Assembly (NCBI GenBank): GCA_002245135.1
Contig: NGBS01000010.1
Location: 62,001 to 126,000 of the forward strand
From: Proteromonas lacertae
Lineage: Eukaryota
DNA: 64,000 nt
Direction: 5' to 3'
In this document: positions 13,426-26,035 of the stretch, piece after piece
Layout: each line of letters starts with the position of its first letter
Numbering within the stretch: the stretch's first letter is position 1
Program-made: the position numbers and the translations under genes
Notes under the pieces: generated by a model
Database searches by the model: none
What the model saw: the letters and a program-made list of their open reading frames with translations, nothing else
What the model was told of the DNA's origin: nothing

Positions 13426-14344
13426 ATGAAATTGAAAATAAAGGAAGAGAAGAAGATAGAGGATCATGCATTTTATTCAGAGTATGCACGAGGATTCATT
13501 GCATCCTGTGTTAATATTTTTAGTATTACTACCTTAACATTTCCTTTTTTTTAGTAACCTATCCAATTAATAAGGTAAGTTTTCGTCAACAATCACATAA
13601 TTTAACAATCTTTCAATCTATGAAATCAATCTACAAAGATGGAATAAGAAATCTGTATTGTTGTTTATTTTATGTTATTTTAATAATAGATATCGGGGAA
13701 TATTACCCCCATTTACTCAAAAGTGTGTTTCACTATCCATAATGTATGGACTATATGATTCATATTTTCGATTATTATCTAAAGCATATCCAATCAATCA
13801 AGATCATTGGTACTATCGCTCAATGGTAGGTGTATGTGTCGGTACAACAGAGACATTCTTAGTTCCATTTGAAAGAATGCAGACTTTATTATCAATTCCA
13901 GAATATAATAAAAAATATCGAAATACAGCTCATGTTTTTAAAGATTTGATAAGGAATTATGGCTTAAAAGAGCTATATCGAGGATATATACCATGTTTAA
14001 TAAGAAATACAGTAGGTAATTGTTTCTATTTCGGTATTAGAGAACCATTAGCTCTTTATTTAGAAGAAGAATTGAAATGGAGTAAAAGAATTACTCAATT
14101 TATTACTGGATGTATATTAGGAGCTATAGTTAGTATAATCAATTTTCCATTGAATGTTATGAAGACAAATATGCAGAAAGAAATTCATAGTAATGTTTCG
14201 TTAAGGAGAATGTTTATAATCATTTATCTTCAGAGGTATGGGTTTTTAGGTATGTACCGTGGTATTGCGATGACCTTAGTAAGGTCAGTACTATCATGGG
14301 GTATAATCAATCTAACATATGAAGTAACTAAATCATATTTTTAG
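13426..14344 (+). CDS. Mitochondrial carrier, SLC25A51/MCART (NAD+ carrier)-like
   Basis: ASCVNIFITYPINKVSFRQQ, YRGILPPFTQK, PFERMQTLL, YRGYIPCLIRN, RSVLSWGIIN; three carrier repeats. Confidence 0.8.
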
Positions 14345-14491
14345 ATTCGCAAGACTCTAACTTTTTTTTGTTATTGTATATACATATAGAAATGTTTTTA
14401 ATTCATTATGCTGTGTTTGGGGTTGTATATGATAACTTAGTATTTGTTTTTTGAATATTGAAACGACTCTATTTATTTTAATCGATTTAAA

Positions 14492-14796
14492 ATGCAAAGT
14501 AAGTGACTAATATTTCTAATTTATATAGATCCACATGAAAAACGAAAAGAAGTATTAGTTAGTTAGGAAATTTTATTAATATAGCAATTAATAAAGCGTA
14601 TTGTTCATACAGTTGAAAGGTTGACTGATAATATCAATAATATATCTACTGAATTAGATGTATGATTTTATTCGTAATTATTCCTTATAATTGATAGACT
14701 TTACAATCAATGGAAGAAGATGTTGATTATGTCAATACAATTTGGATGGCATATTGTAGAAAAATGCAATTATTGAATAATCAAGATGAAAAATAG
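14492..14796 (+). CDS. DAD4: DASH/Dam1 kinetochore complex subunit Dad4 (4 exons; absent from the ORF track)
   Basis: Spliced product MQNPHEKRKEQLIKRIVHTVERLTDNINNISTELDTLQSMEEDVDYVNTIWMAYCRKMQLLNNQDEK matches the yeast Dad4 pattern MENPHE...RIIGNV.RLNE. Confidence 0.75.
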
Positions 14797-14970
14797 TAGA
14801 AAATAGAAATTATGTCAATTAATCCTCAATAATCTAATTTATGAGTGTTATTTTTGTCTATTTTTGTTGATTATTCCCCTCAATATACATCAATAACAAT
14901 ACTAATTCGTTTATTTATTCCTAACATCTTATTTACACTTTGGCGCTAAAGAATTTTAAAATTAGTTTGA

Positions 14971-16994
14971 ATGGACGAAGATGGAATAAGAATTCTGGTT
15001 GCATCTGATAATCATCTAGGATATCAGTATAGTCGTATAGTATATTTTGTAGGGAGTCAGACCCAATTCGTTACAATGATTCGTTTGAAGCATTTGAAGA
15101 AGTATTAAAAATAGCCAGAGAGAAAGAAGTATGATTGTTATTCATAATAATGTATTATAGGTTGATCTGTTGTTATTAGGGGGAGATTTCTTTGATGAGA
15201 ACAAGCCATCCAGAGATACAATCAACAAAGCTATGATATTATTCAGAAAGTATTGCTGTGGTGATAGACCAATTAAAATATCCGTAACAAGTGATACTGA
15301 AGGTGTAATACATGGACCATTCCCACATGTCAATTTTGAAGATCCAAATTACAATATTGACTTGCCTGTATTTTTAATTCATGGAAACCATGATGATCCA
15401 TCCAAAGATGCTTTAAATGACACAATATCAGCTGTGGAACTGTTATCTACATCCAATTTAATAAACTATTTTGGTCGACAAGAAGCTGTAGATCATGTAG
15501 AAATAAAACCAATCTGTATAGAGAAAGGTCAAAACAAAGTTGCATTATATGGATTAGGTTATATTCGAGATGAGAGAATAAATGAGATGTTTAAAGAAAA
15601 GAAAGTGACATTCTTTCGTCCAAGTGAAGAAATAGACAAATGGTTTAATATTTTTGTGATTCACCAAAATCGGTATATTGATAGCAATATTATTATTAAT
15701 ATTTATTCATTTTATTTATAGTGAGACTGGTCGTGGTAAAGAGAAATGTATTTCCGCAAATGATTTGCCATCATTTTTAGATTTAATTGTCTGGGGTCAT
15801 GAGCATGAAACAAAGATAGATTTAGAACAAGTAGTAGATAAAGTATATATATATATATATATATCCATTTAATAAATGATTTAGAATTTTCATATCTGTC
15901 AACCAGGATCAACCGTTTCAACATCCTATGATGAGAAAGAAGGTGTAGAAAAGAAATTGTACTTATTCAACATCAAAGGAACGGAATTTCAATATGAAAG
16001 TATAGAATTACATTCAGTCAGACCATTATTAATAAAGGAAATCACATTAGTAGATTCAGGTGAAATAGACCACCGTAATCCTGATATTGAGAATATATTA
16101 ATAAGATATTTACAAAAACAAGTGGAAGATATGTTGAAAGCATATAATTGTAATAATCATAGCAATAATTGTAATAAATTACCATTAGTTAGATTGACAG
16201 TAAATCAAAATGAATTTCCATCAATTCGAAATATTCGATTTGCTCAATTGTTTCTGAAATTAGTTGCTAATCCGTCATCTATATTGAAATTTAAAAAGAA
16301 ACGAATAAATAAAGTTACAACAGTTATTGATAACTCTAATAACAGCAATCAATCAACCAGTGAAAGTCATTCATTAGAAACAATAATAAATAGAATGATT
16401 CAATCTGATTCAATCCAATTAAAAGTATTAAGAAAAGAGGATATAAATAGAGCAAGTATAATTATAATATAATATATATATATATATATAAATAGTGAAA
16501 GAATGTACAAAATCCAGATCATTAGAATGGAAGAAATTTATTGCTGATACAGTTCAGACAGTTCAAACCAAATTAAATCGTCGAAGAAAAGAATTGATGA
16601 AAGATTTAACTGAATCTAACACTGAAAGGGCAATAAATAGTTTAAAAACTGATGATGGAATAGAAAGTGAAGAAGTGTTATCAATTCTTCATAAAGTAAA
16701 AGATATAATAAATGGTGAAAAAGCTCCAATATTACAACCAATACAATCAATGGAAATAGAAGAAGAAGATAGATAATAATAATAATAATGACAAAGGATC
16801 GAATGAAAAGAAGAAAAGAAAAACTACAACAACAAGTAGTTCAAGAGGTAAAAGAGGAGGAAGAGGTGGAAGAGGTGGAAAATCGAAATATGTATCACTA
16901 ATTGAGGAAGATGAGGATAATGATAATAATGAAATAGATGATGAGATAAGTATAGCAGATGATGATGAAGAAGAAGAAGAAGTGATAATAAAAG

Positions 16995-17037
<43 letters not shown>

Positions 17038-17098
17038 GAAAAAGACTCGAGGAAGGGGAGGAAGAGGTGGAAGAGGTGGTAAAAAGAAGTTACTATGA
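14971..17098 (+). CDS. MRE11: Double-strand break repair nuclease MRE11 (one apparent +1 frameshift near 16768)
   Basis: ILVASDNHLGY, GGDFFDENKPSR, IHGNHDDP, LYGLGYIRDER, VIHQN, IVWGHEHE; C-terminal RGG/GAR repeats. Confidence 0.95.
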
Positions 17099-17248
17099 AT
17101 TTTAATTCATTCTTCTCTGTTATTCTTTATGTTACATATTTTTCTTTATTACGAGATTTATTAAATAATACATTAAACTATCAGTCATTTCAACTGTTGA
17201 TTGAATTGAAAAAGAAAAATATAAAAAATAGTCGTTTCATATCAAAAA

Positions 17249-18498
17249 ATGTCAAAATCTTTGCTAGAGAGTATAATTTACTCTATACTACCATCTGATA
17301 CTCAAGTATTCTATTTAATATATATGTAGATAAAAGAAAGAAGAAAAAGGAATAGTAATGAAAAAGATTTAGTTGTTCAATACCAAAATGAAATTAAAAT
17401 GATAAAGATGTTTAATTTCTGTGGGATAAAAGAAATTATTATCTCAAAATTTTTAGAATATAACTCTTTGTTGTTACATTGTTGTTCTTCCTTTGTCTAT
17501 CCATCTAAAATGATTCAGATTAATAATTATAGTGAATACATGATGATATCAAGAGAATATTATAAAAATGATATAGAAAAGATGATTCTCAATAAATCCC
17601 TTTCAACATCATGATATTATTTGTGTTATGTGTAGAATATGTGACATTTTGATGTTATTGAGTGAATATAATATAATTGTAAATAATTTGAAGAGTTCTA
17701 GCATAGTATATGAGAGTGAAGATAATGTAAAGTTATGTGATTTATTCCTTAATGTATTAAGAAGAGATGAAGATGTGAGAATATATGATGTATGTTTTAT
17801 GAATATTCGAGAATTATTATGTATTAAAAGTGGTGTAGGTGATGATTGTGTTTGGTCAATTGGTTGTGTGTTGTATGAATTAATAACTCATGAAATACAT
17901 AATAAGAAATATATTGAGATGTTTATATAAAAAAGATTTAATCAAAGATAATATGATGAAAGAGATGATAAATAAAATGTTGAAAGTGAAAAGTGAAGAA
18001 AGAATTGGTTTAAAAGAGTTGAGAATAAATGAAGAAAAGAGATATTATTTAATAGTGATTATAAATTTGTTAAACTTCTGATAAACTATCCATTAGAATT
18101 TTATATAAAGTGTAAAAGATGAGAAGAAATTGGAGATATTTTAATAGAATCTTACAATAGTCAACCTAGTGAAAATATGCAAAAAAGATGATTCAATTCA
18201 ATTTCTTCCATATTTACATTTATTAATCAGCAAATATGATGAATTGAATCTTTATGGAATGAATTTGAGTAATATCTCAATAGATGATGAGAGTGCAATA
18301 TTATTGTCTAACAATTTAGATTCAATTACTTGTCTCACAATATATCTGAGTGGAAATAATATCAGTTTGAATGGATTAAAGGCAATTTGTTCAAAATCAT
18401 TAAAAAATGATAAATATCCAAGTATAGCAATTGATGATATGTTATTGACGAAGAAAGAAATTATTACAAAAGATATTGTATTGAAAAGGAGAAAATAA
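17249..18498 (+). pseudogene. Degenerate pseudokinase plus LRR gene remnant
   Basis: Kinase-like subdomains IIVNNLKSSSI, VKLCDLF, VWSIGCVLYELIT and EERI; LRR-like LSNISIDDESAILL and IYLSGNNISLNGL. Multiple stops and frame breaks that I could not resolve as introns. Confidence 0.6.
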
Positions 18499-18637
18499 TA
18501 TATTTTAAATAATAAAATATCAATTTCAATTATTTCGTTATTATTCACATCTTTATTACAACATTTACAAAAAAAAACATTAATAAATTATTTACTTTAA
18601 TTATACCAGTAACATTATTTATTTTAATATAACACTT

Positions 18638-19514
18638 CTACTTTCTTTTACCTGTATAACCAGGATATGGATTATAATTCTCAGCAATATTATCAAAATA
18701 TGGTTGAGGTTCTTGTTGTACTGTGGTATAATTTCTTGACTGTGGTCTAGTATTCTCAGCAGATGGACGATATCCTTGATAACCTGATATTGCTCTCTGA
18801 GAAGGAGGTAACGGAACATTTGTTGTTGTATAAGTAGACATTGAGATATCTTTAGCAACTTGACTGCCTATTGAAGCTAATAATGATTGACTACCTACTG
18901 CTCTATATGAATACGGATCTAATTCAATTAAATATATAAATATACTTAATGACTGTTTAGGGGGTAAATTTTGTCTTGGATGAGTTACTGTAGATGACAT
19001 ACCACCTGTTTCTATTGGTTCAAAATCTGGCAAACATTTCTGTTTGCCTTTATGCCTTCTATCATCAAGGGCTGCTGTTTCTCCATCTAATTGTGCTTGA
19101 TACATTGTCTTCCATTGATCTGGAGTAACATTTTCTGGTCCAGCTAATGTGAAATTGTCTGGAGCAGTTGATCCGATTTTTCTTCCTGGTCTTCTATCTT
19201 CTGGGCCTTGGGTTACTTTTCAAATCTGGTGTAATATGATCACTTTGTGTTTCTAAACCTGTGTACATCTTCCTATTCTGTGGTCTTATTGGATTACCAT
19301 ATCGGTCATATTTTATATCCATTCCTGGTGCCCAATGAGTTGTTTCAACTAAACCTGCCTCAATGGGATCAATATAATTTTCTTCTGGCTCATCAAACAC
19401 CATTTCACCTGAAGCAATTTTTCTACGGATCTCTTCTTCTGCTTCCCTCTTGCATCTTTCGTATGCATCAAAATCGCCATGTTCTATTCCTCCTTGCAAC
19501 ACTGCTCTATCCAT
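18638..19514 (-). CDS. Hypothetical hydrophilic protein (one +1 frameshift near 19203)
   Basis: ORFs 19194-19514 and 18638-19105 become continuous if one base is removed at 19202-19205; one 27-nt in-frame intron-like segment. Confidence 0.65.
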
Positions 19515-19596
19515 AATTCAAAAACGAAAAAAAAATACAAATACGAATTAAATACATTATCAAAATACATTTGTATTTGAGTATTTTATTTTTCGA

Positions 19597-20772
19597 ATGA
19601 GTTTTCTTGGTGAAGAGGATCTTGAGAATATCAAGAAATACAAATATCATCCAGGTGTATATACGCCTTTAGATAATGTGTTGTCACATTTCTGGGCATG
19701 GATAGTAGAATTATTACCACGAAGTCTTGCTCCCAATATGATAACGTTGATTGGATTAATATTTTCAGTCACATCATGCTTAGTTTATGCATTTTATTCT
19801 CCAACTTTCTCAGAAAGAGCTCCTTTATGGGTTTATATCTATGGAGCAGTGGCATGCTTTTTATTTCAAACATTAGATGCAGTAGATGGTAAACAAGCAA
19901 GAAGAACAAATTCGTCTAGTCCGTTAGGTCAAATGTTTGATCATGGCTGTGATTCATTCAATACAGGTTTTCAGTGTATGGCGATGTGTGCAGCTATGGG
20001 TTTAGGAGCATCCTTTTATAATTTAGTTATGTTTGCATCAAGTACTTGTGTATTTTATATATGTCAATTAATGGAATATAGTAATGGTGTATTAGTCACA
20101 AGTGATGGTTATTTTGGTGTAACTGAATTGCAATATATTATAATAGCAATACATTTAGTAGCTGGCTTCTTTGGTTCTAATGTATTTCATATTCCAATTG
20201 TAACTATATTTGGTTATGAAATTCACTTTATCTTTCTTCAAGCTGCTGGCTTGATTATTGTAACAATAGGCTATATCATCCAATGTTATAAAACATTATT
20301 TGTAGAAGCATCTCCTTTAACAAACGAAGAGATAGGAAATAAGAATTTATCACCACTATATAATACACTAAGATGTATTCCATTTGTTACTTTTACTTGT
20401 TTGACAGTGTATTTAACTGATATATCCTGGTGCTGCTGTTGTGTATGAAAAACATCCATTTGTAATCTACTGTATATATATATATTTATAATTTAATTAG
20501 TAACTCTTTCATTTACTTTTTCATTGATATCAACTAAATTGATAGTAAGACATATGGCCAAATCAGATATATATTCCGTTCAACCAGCTCTTATTCCTTT
20601 ATTCATATTGGCTGCTAATCAGTTTTATCCATTTGCAAATTCATTGATGTTGTTTTACATAGTTTTTGCTGTTGAAATTACATTTTATTTTGTTTATGTA
20701 GTTGTAACAATCAACCAAATATGCGAGTGTTTAGGTATTCATTGTTTAAGTCTGTCATCCAAATCAGAATAA
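19597..20772 (+). CDS. Choline/ethanolamine phosphotransferase (CDP-alcohol phosphotransferase; +1 frameshift near 20419)
   Basis: APNMITLIG; DAVDGKQARRTNSSSPLGQMFDHGCD signature; the +1 frame restores YEKHPFVIY and KLIVRHMAK. Confidence 0.92.
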
Positions 20773-20858
20773 GTAGCATATCACAAATGATGTTATTATT
20801 GCTTGTTTATTGCTTTTCCTTTGAATAAAAATAAAAAAAGAGTCGTTTCATATCAAGA

Positions 20859-21170
20859 ATGAGATTTGAAAAAATGATGTGGCTCTATTTTATATATATA
20901 ATACAGAGTTTTTTCAGACATATATAGTGCATGGTAGATATATTTCAAATAATATAAATTGATAAGCTTTAACGCTCATTGAAGAAGCAAAATCAAGATA
21001 TTAGTTTATATACTAAAATTTAAAGAATGATGCAAGTGAGAATATTTACGACGTATCCATACAACAAGAAATACAAATTGTAAGCATTTAAAGCAAAATT
21101 TCAATGAATCCAATTAATTACACGTCCATTGATATATTAAGTAAAAAGATGAAAAAAACATGAAAATACA
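20859..21170 (+). pseudogene. Possible eroded gene remnant sharing its 5' leader with the 17.2-kb pseudokinase
   Basis: Shares AGTCGTTTCATATCAA followed within a few bases by ATG with 17230-17251; fragmentary kinase-N-lobe-like text (IQQEIQIV) interrupted by stops. Confidence 0.25.
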
Positions 21171-21286
21171 ATAATAAAGAAAAGATATTCATAAAATTGG
21201 CAGAATGGAAATGTATTATATACTTGTAAATATGTAATATGTGATTTATATAAACAAAAGAGCTAATATAAACAAGTCATAAACAA

Positions 21287-21739
21287 TTAATGAGATTTTC
21301 TATATACATTTTTAGTATTCTGTTGATGCCATTCATCTTTGAAGAAACGTCTGACCATTCTAGTGATTCTTCTAGAAGCAGTGCAGCGGCGACAACAACG
21401 TAAGCGTTTACCATTTCTATGGCTTCCAAATTCGCCAGTAGGCTTTGAAACTCCACATCTGCTGCATTTATACAGTTGTAGTTCTGACACAACGAACGGT
21501 AGGTACGTAAATATTTGTTGAGGTGACGAAATTGGATTAAATGGTTTTAGTTCATTGTAGTTAATGTTTTCAGCAATTTCAGCATTGCCAAGAAGAAAAT
21601 CATCATAATTTTCTTGTTCTTGTGGTTGCTGGAACATGGTGAAATAACTGCTTTGCAAATTGTTTAAGTCAAGCTGGTCTTCGTTTAAAGAAGGTAAGTC
21701 TTCAAATATTTTATCGATGTCATTTTTTGAAGATGCCAT
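21287..21739 (-). CDS. Small C4 zinc-finger protein with acidic/Q-rich N-terminus (putative transcription factor)
   Basis: CSRC-x-KPTGEFGSHRNGKRLRCCRRC; intronless ORF, first ATG at 21739. Confidence 0.6.
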   Translation of the reverse strand: MASSKNDIDKIFEDLPSLNEDQLDLNNLQSSYFTMFQQPQEQENYDDFLLGNAEIAENINYNELKPFNPISSPQQIFTYLPFVVSELQLYKCSRCGVSKPTGEFGSHRNGKRLRCCRRCTASRRITRMVRRFFKDEWHQQNTKNVYRKSH

Positions 21740-22275
21740 GAATGACAAATGATGAAGTAGCTAAATTTGAAATTTTTAGGTTAAAAACTATTGGCTAAAT
21801 GGAAGATGAAAAAAGAGAGTGAAACCAGTGACAGTTTTTTGTAATTTTATCAATAAATGGTGTTGTTATAACGGTTAGATGTTTATCACAGAAGATATTC
21901 TGCGTAACATATTGTGTTAAGTAATTAAATTTAACCTTCATGCTGTCTAATCACATTATATTTGATGATACTTTAGATTATTGATGAGAGCTACACAGCT
22001 TGACTGTGTCAATTACTTTTAGGAGATAATATTCAAAAAAAATAATCAACATTGTCAAATCTTTGTTTATATAGAAATCTGTTTGATATACAGTTATAAC
22101 TGCTGCATTTAGATGAATGCCTACATTTTGCGCTGTAATTTAAGCTATGTTTGCGTTGCAATAATTAAAAAATATGAAGATCTTAATTAAATAGGGAAGG
22201 TATTATCTTATAGCCTCACATGAGTTTATTTTCAAAAAATATATTCGTTTCAACTTCAATTTAATTTCTTAAAAA

Positions 22276-24616
22276 ATGGAAGATGTTCCAGTCAAAAACG
22301 TTAGTGATGTGGTTGAAGTATATTTGTTATGCATTTTATGCAAATAGAATCAAGATGATTTGATTTTTGAAGAACAGATCTCTTTAGACCCCTATAATTT
22401 GAAATTGTGGCTTAGATATTTAGATTCAAAAACAGGTTCACCCATTAATGTATTATAATATAATTTTATTGTGTAGGTACGTATAGTTATCTATGAGAGA
22501 GCGTTAAGGATGTTGCCAGGAAGTTACAAGTTGTGGTATAGATATATAACTGAAATTAAAATGAAATTAAGACACAAACCTTTAAACCATCCATTATATG
22601 AAATAATCAACAATTTGTATGAAAGATCGTTGGTTTACATGAACAAAATGCCAGATTTTTGGATAGAATACTGTACATTCCTTGTAAATCAAAAGAAAAT
22701 CACAAAAACAAGAAGAACATTTGATCGAGCTTTACAATCACTTCCAGTTACTCAGCATGATCGAATATGGTCATTATATCTTAAATTTGTAGATGAATGT
22801 GGTGTTTGGGAGACAGCTGTGAAAGTACATAAAAGATATCTAGATTTTGATTCTTCACATAGGGAAAGATATATAGAGTATAAATATATTATATATTCTA
22901 TCTATATAAATAGTTTTTTAAAATCAATCAACAAAATAAGTGATGCTTGTGAAGAAATGTCAATCTTATTAAATGATGATGATTTTCACTCAATCAAAGG
23001 TAAATCCAAACACGAATTATGGTTAGAATTAGCCAATTTATTAGCTACCAATGCAAGAAAAGTCTCTAAACTACCAGTAGATGCAATAATACGAAGTGGT
23101 ATAAATCGATATAAAGATGAAACTGGCCGTTTATGGTGTTCTTTGGCAGGATATTATACTCGATGTGGTGAATTTGAAAAAGCCAAAGATATATATGAAG
23201 AAGCAATAGAGAAGGTATTAACAGTGAGAGATTTTGGTATGGTATTTGAATCATATTCTGAATTTGAGCAAAACTTAATCCAGAGTGAATTGAATGAAGG
23301 AAATGAAGATGAAGAAGATGAAGATGAAGAGAATGATAGTTATATATTAGATCCTGATACTCCATCAATAGATTTACGTATAGCACAATTAGAACATTTA
23401 ATAGAAAGAAGGCCATTGTTATTATCAAGTGTAGTATTAAGACAAAATCCAAATAATGTAGAAGAATGGGAAAAGAGAGTAAAACTATTTACAGAACCAA
23501 CTGAAATAATAATGTGTTATGCAGAAGCTGTTAAAACAATTGATCCACAGAAATGTATAGGTAAATTGCAATCTTTATGGATTAATTTCGCTAAATATTA
23601 TGAAGAGAATGGAGATATAGAAAATGCAGATATCATCTTTGAAAAAGCAACTAAAGTCAATTATAAGAAAGTTGATAATTTAGCTGAAGTATGGTGCAAT
23701 TGGGCTGAGATGCATATCAGGCAAGAAGATTATGATAAAGCGTTAGATTTAATGAAACAAGCAGTTAGAGAACCATCTTCCCATGAATTAAATATCGCAA
23801 AACAAAAACAACTTCCAAATGAGAAATTACCAGTTGAATTGAGATTATATAGATCAAGTAGATTGTGGTCATTTTATGTTGATTTAGAAGAATCATTAGG
23901 AACCTTAGAAACTACCAAAGCTGCGTATAATCGTATGATTGATTTGAAATGTGCAACACCGCCAGATTATATTGAATTATGCCAAATTGTTGGAAGATAA
24001 TAAATATTTTGAAGATTCTTTTAGAGTATATGAAAAAGGAGTTGCCATGTTTAAATTCCCACATTCTAGAGAAATTTGGTTAAGTTATTTGACTAAATTT
24101 ATGAATCGTTATGGAGATAGAAAACTTGAGAGAGCTAGAGATTTATTTGAAGAATGTATTGAACAAGTTCCATCTGAATATGCTAAACAATTTTATTTAT
24201 TATACGCTGATTTAGAAGATAAATATGGTTTAATTCGACATTGTATGAGTATTTTAGATAGAAGTACAAGTGCTGTAAGTGATAAAGATAGATGTGAAGT
24301 GTATAAGTATTATATAAAGAAAGTAGAAGAAAATTTTGGTGTATTAAAAACAAGAGAAATCTATGAGAAAGCTATCAATAATTTACCTGATGATGAAGCT
24401 AAAGAAATGTGTTTAGAATTTGCAAGATTAGAAACTAAATTAGGTGAAATTGATAGAGCTAGAGTATTATATAGTCATTGTGCTCAATTCTGTGATCCTC
24501 GTACTGTTTTGACCTTTTGGAAAGAATGGAAAGAGTTTGAAGCTGCTCATGGTAATACTGATACATTTACAGAGATGTTGAGAGTGAAAAGAAGTGTTGA
24601 ATTGTCTAAAAGTTAA
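22276..24616 (+). CDS. SYF1: Pre-mRNA splicing factor SYF1/XAB2 (HAT repeats; +1 frameshift near 23962)
   Basis: YERALRMLPGSYKLW, TRRTFDRALQSLPVTQHDRIW, LRQNPNNVEEW, YVDLEESLGT, KLERARDLFE, LGEIDRAR, HGNTDTFTEMLRVKRSV. Confidence 0.95.
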
Positions 24617-24705
24617 ATAATTATCGAATTGTGATATGAATTGTGTGTTTTGGAAAAAGAAGTAAAAGAAATGAAAATATAATAATATTATTAATAATAA
24701 TAATT

Positions 24706-25668
24706 TTAGATCATTTTATTTCTTTTATCTTTTATTCTTTTCTTTATACAGCAAGTATTACATTGTCTAAATGATATTTTGTTTATTATTTTCTCATCTT
24801 TATTTTCATAGTATATTTTAATCTCTCTCCAAAATAGCTTAGCAGCATGACAATGATGACATTCCATTGAATATTCATGATTAGGTTTTTCATTAAAGTC
24901 TTTAATTAAACGACAATCAATATTCATTTTGATTAGGCAAGCTTCACATATTGGATTGCGATCATGAATAAGTCTAAATACTTCTTCTTGTAAAACTACT
25001 TTTTTACATTTAATACATTTTGCCTTTAGCTTATTCTGTAAATCAACTAATTGAATAACTTTAACTATATTTTCATTAATAAATTTATTTCTTTCTTCTT
25101 TATTCGTTTCTTTTTTCTTATCGAACATTTCAGGTTTAAATTCGGGATCTTTTATAAATTCTTTTGCTATCTTATCAATACTAGCTTTAATTATATCATT
25201 ATCTTTAATGTATTCATCAGTATCATCTGGAGTAATATCTCCATCATCATCTCCATCTTCATCATCATCACTATCTCTACCATCATCATCACCATTATTA
25301 TTATCGTCTTCTCCATCTCCACCAATATAATCATCATCATCATCATCATCTATACTTCTATCAATATTATAATTATCCTCAGCATTTAAGTAATCAAATA
25401 CTGAACCACCATTATTATCATTAGATGGACTAGGTGGAAGACTTAAAGAAGGAACATAATGCTTTTTGTAATATACTTCACAGTCACTCTTAATCAAGCA
25501 TTTATCTTCGAATTTTCTTTTGAATTTTTCACTATCAAGGTTATATTGCATTGCATAACTGTCTTCCTCACATGTAGAGGAGTTAATTTTTATACTATTA
25601 TGATATGATTCGGTATTATCCTTGTAATCCCTATAAAATAGTTGATCATCAATGTAGGGTTGATCCAT
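24706..25668 (-). CDS. Hypothetical protein with acidic tract and two C4 zinc-finger-like motifs
   Basis: 320-aa intronless ORF; CIKC...CEAC and CHHC...CNTC. Confidence 0.65.
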   Translation of the reverse strand: MDQPYIDDQLFYRDYKDNTESYHNSIKINSSTCEEDSYAMQYNLDSEKFKRKFEDKCLIKSDCEVYYKKHYVPSLSLPPSPSNDNNGGSVFDYLNAEDNYNIDRSIDDDDDDDYIGGDGEDDNNNGDDDGRDSDDDEDGDDDGDITPDDTDEYIKDNDIIKASIDKIAKEFIKDPEFKPEMFDKKKETNKEERNKFINENIVKVIQLVDLQNKLKAKCIKCKKVVLQEEVFRLIHDRNPICEACLIKMNIDCRLIKDFNEKPNHEYSMECHHCHAAKLFWREIKIYYENKDEKIINKISFRQCNTCCIKKRIKDKRNKMI

Positions 25669-26035
25669 TTGATGCTAAACTCAGCTATTTTACTTATAAT
25701 CAGATAAGGCGATCTTTTGGATTGACCAATAATAAGCTTTTTATTCTGAAATTTGTCTTTTACATCTGACTTTTGTCTCTCATGTATTAATCACACAATT
25801 GACTTAATTTTTGCATTATAGTGTTATGCTGAAGAATGTGGGTTAATTTTACTTACACAATTCTGTTTATGCTTTCATATACATATATCTTCATATAATT
25901 TATAAATTTGGTTGTTTTAAATCAATTCTATAATCTTAAAATTGCTTCTTATGCATTCTAGTAGTATTTTCATAACTTTTTTTGATCGAACATACACCAA
26001 GCCTTAATGTATTTTTTGATTTAAAAGTCATACAG

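Noticed and set aside
16993..17038. (TA)n and (AAT)n runs as mobile-element footprints
   Set aside because: Simple microsatellites inside introns or poly-Asn tracts; no terminal repeats, target-site duplications or transposase.
20421..20448. Selenocysteine TGA or Cys-rich tail (WCCCCV*) in the EPT/CEPT gene, and ATATCCT as a U12 donor
   Set aside because: The +1 frame gives the conserved YEKHP motif, so this is a frameshift. The AT donor has the wrong phase for the downstream acceptor.
21887..22015. Small hairpins (CAGAA/TTCTG, ACACAG/CTGTGT) and TGATGA boxes suggesting a snoRNA
   Set aside because: No matching downstream CTGA D box or terminal stem; stems this short are expected by chance.
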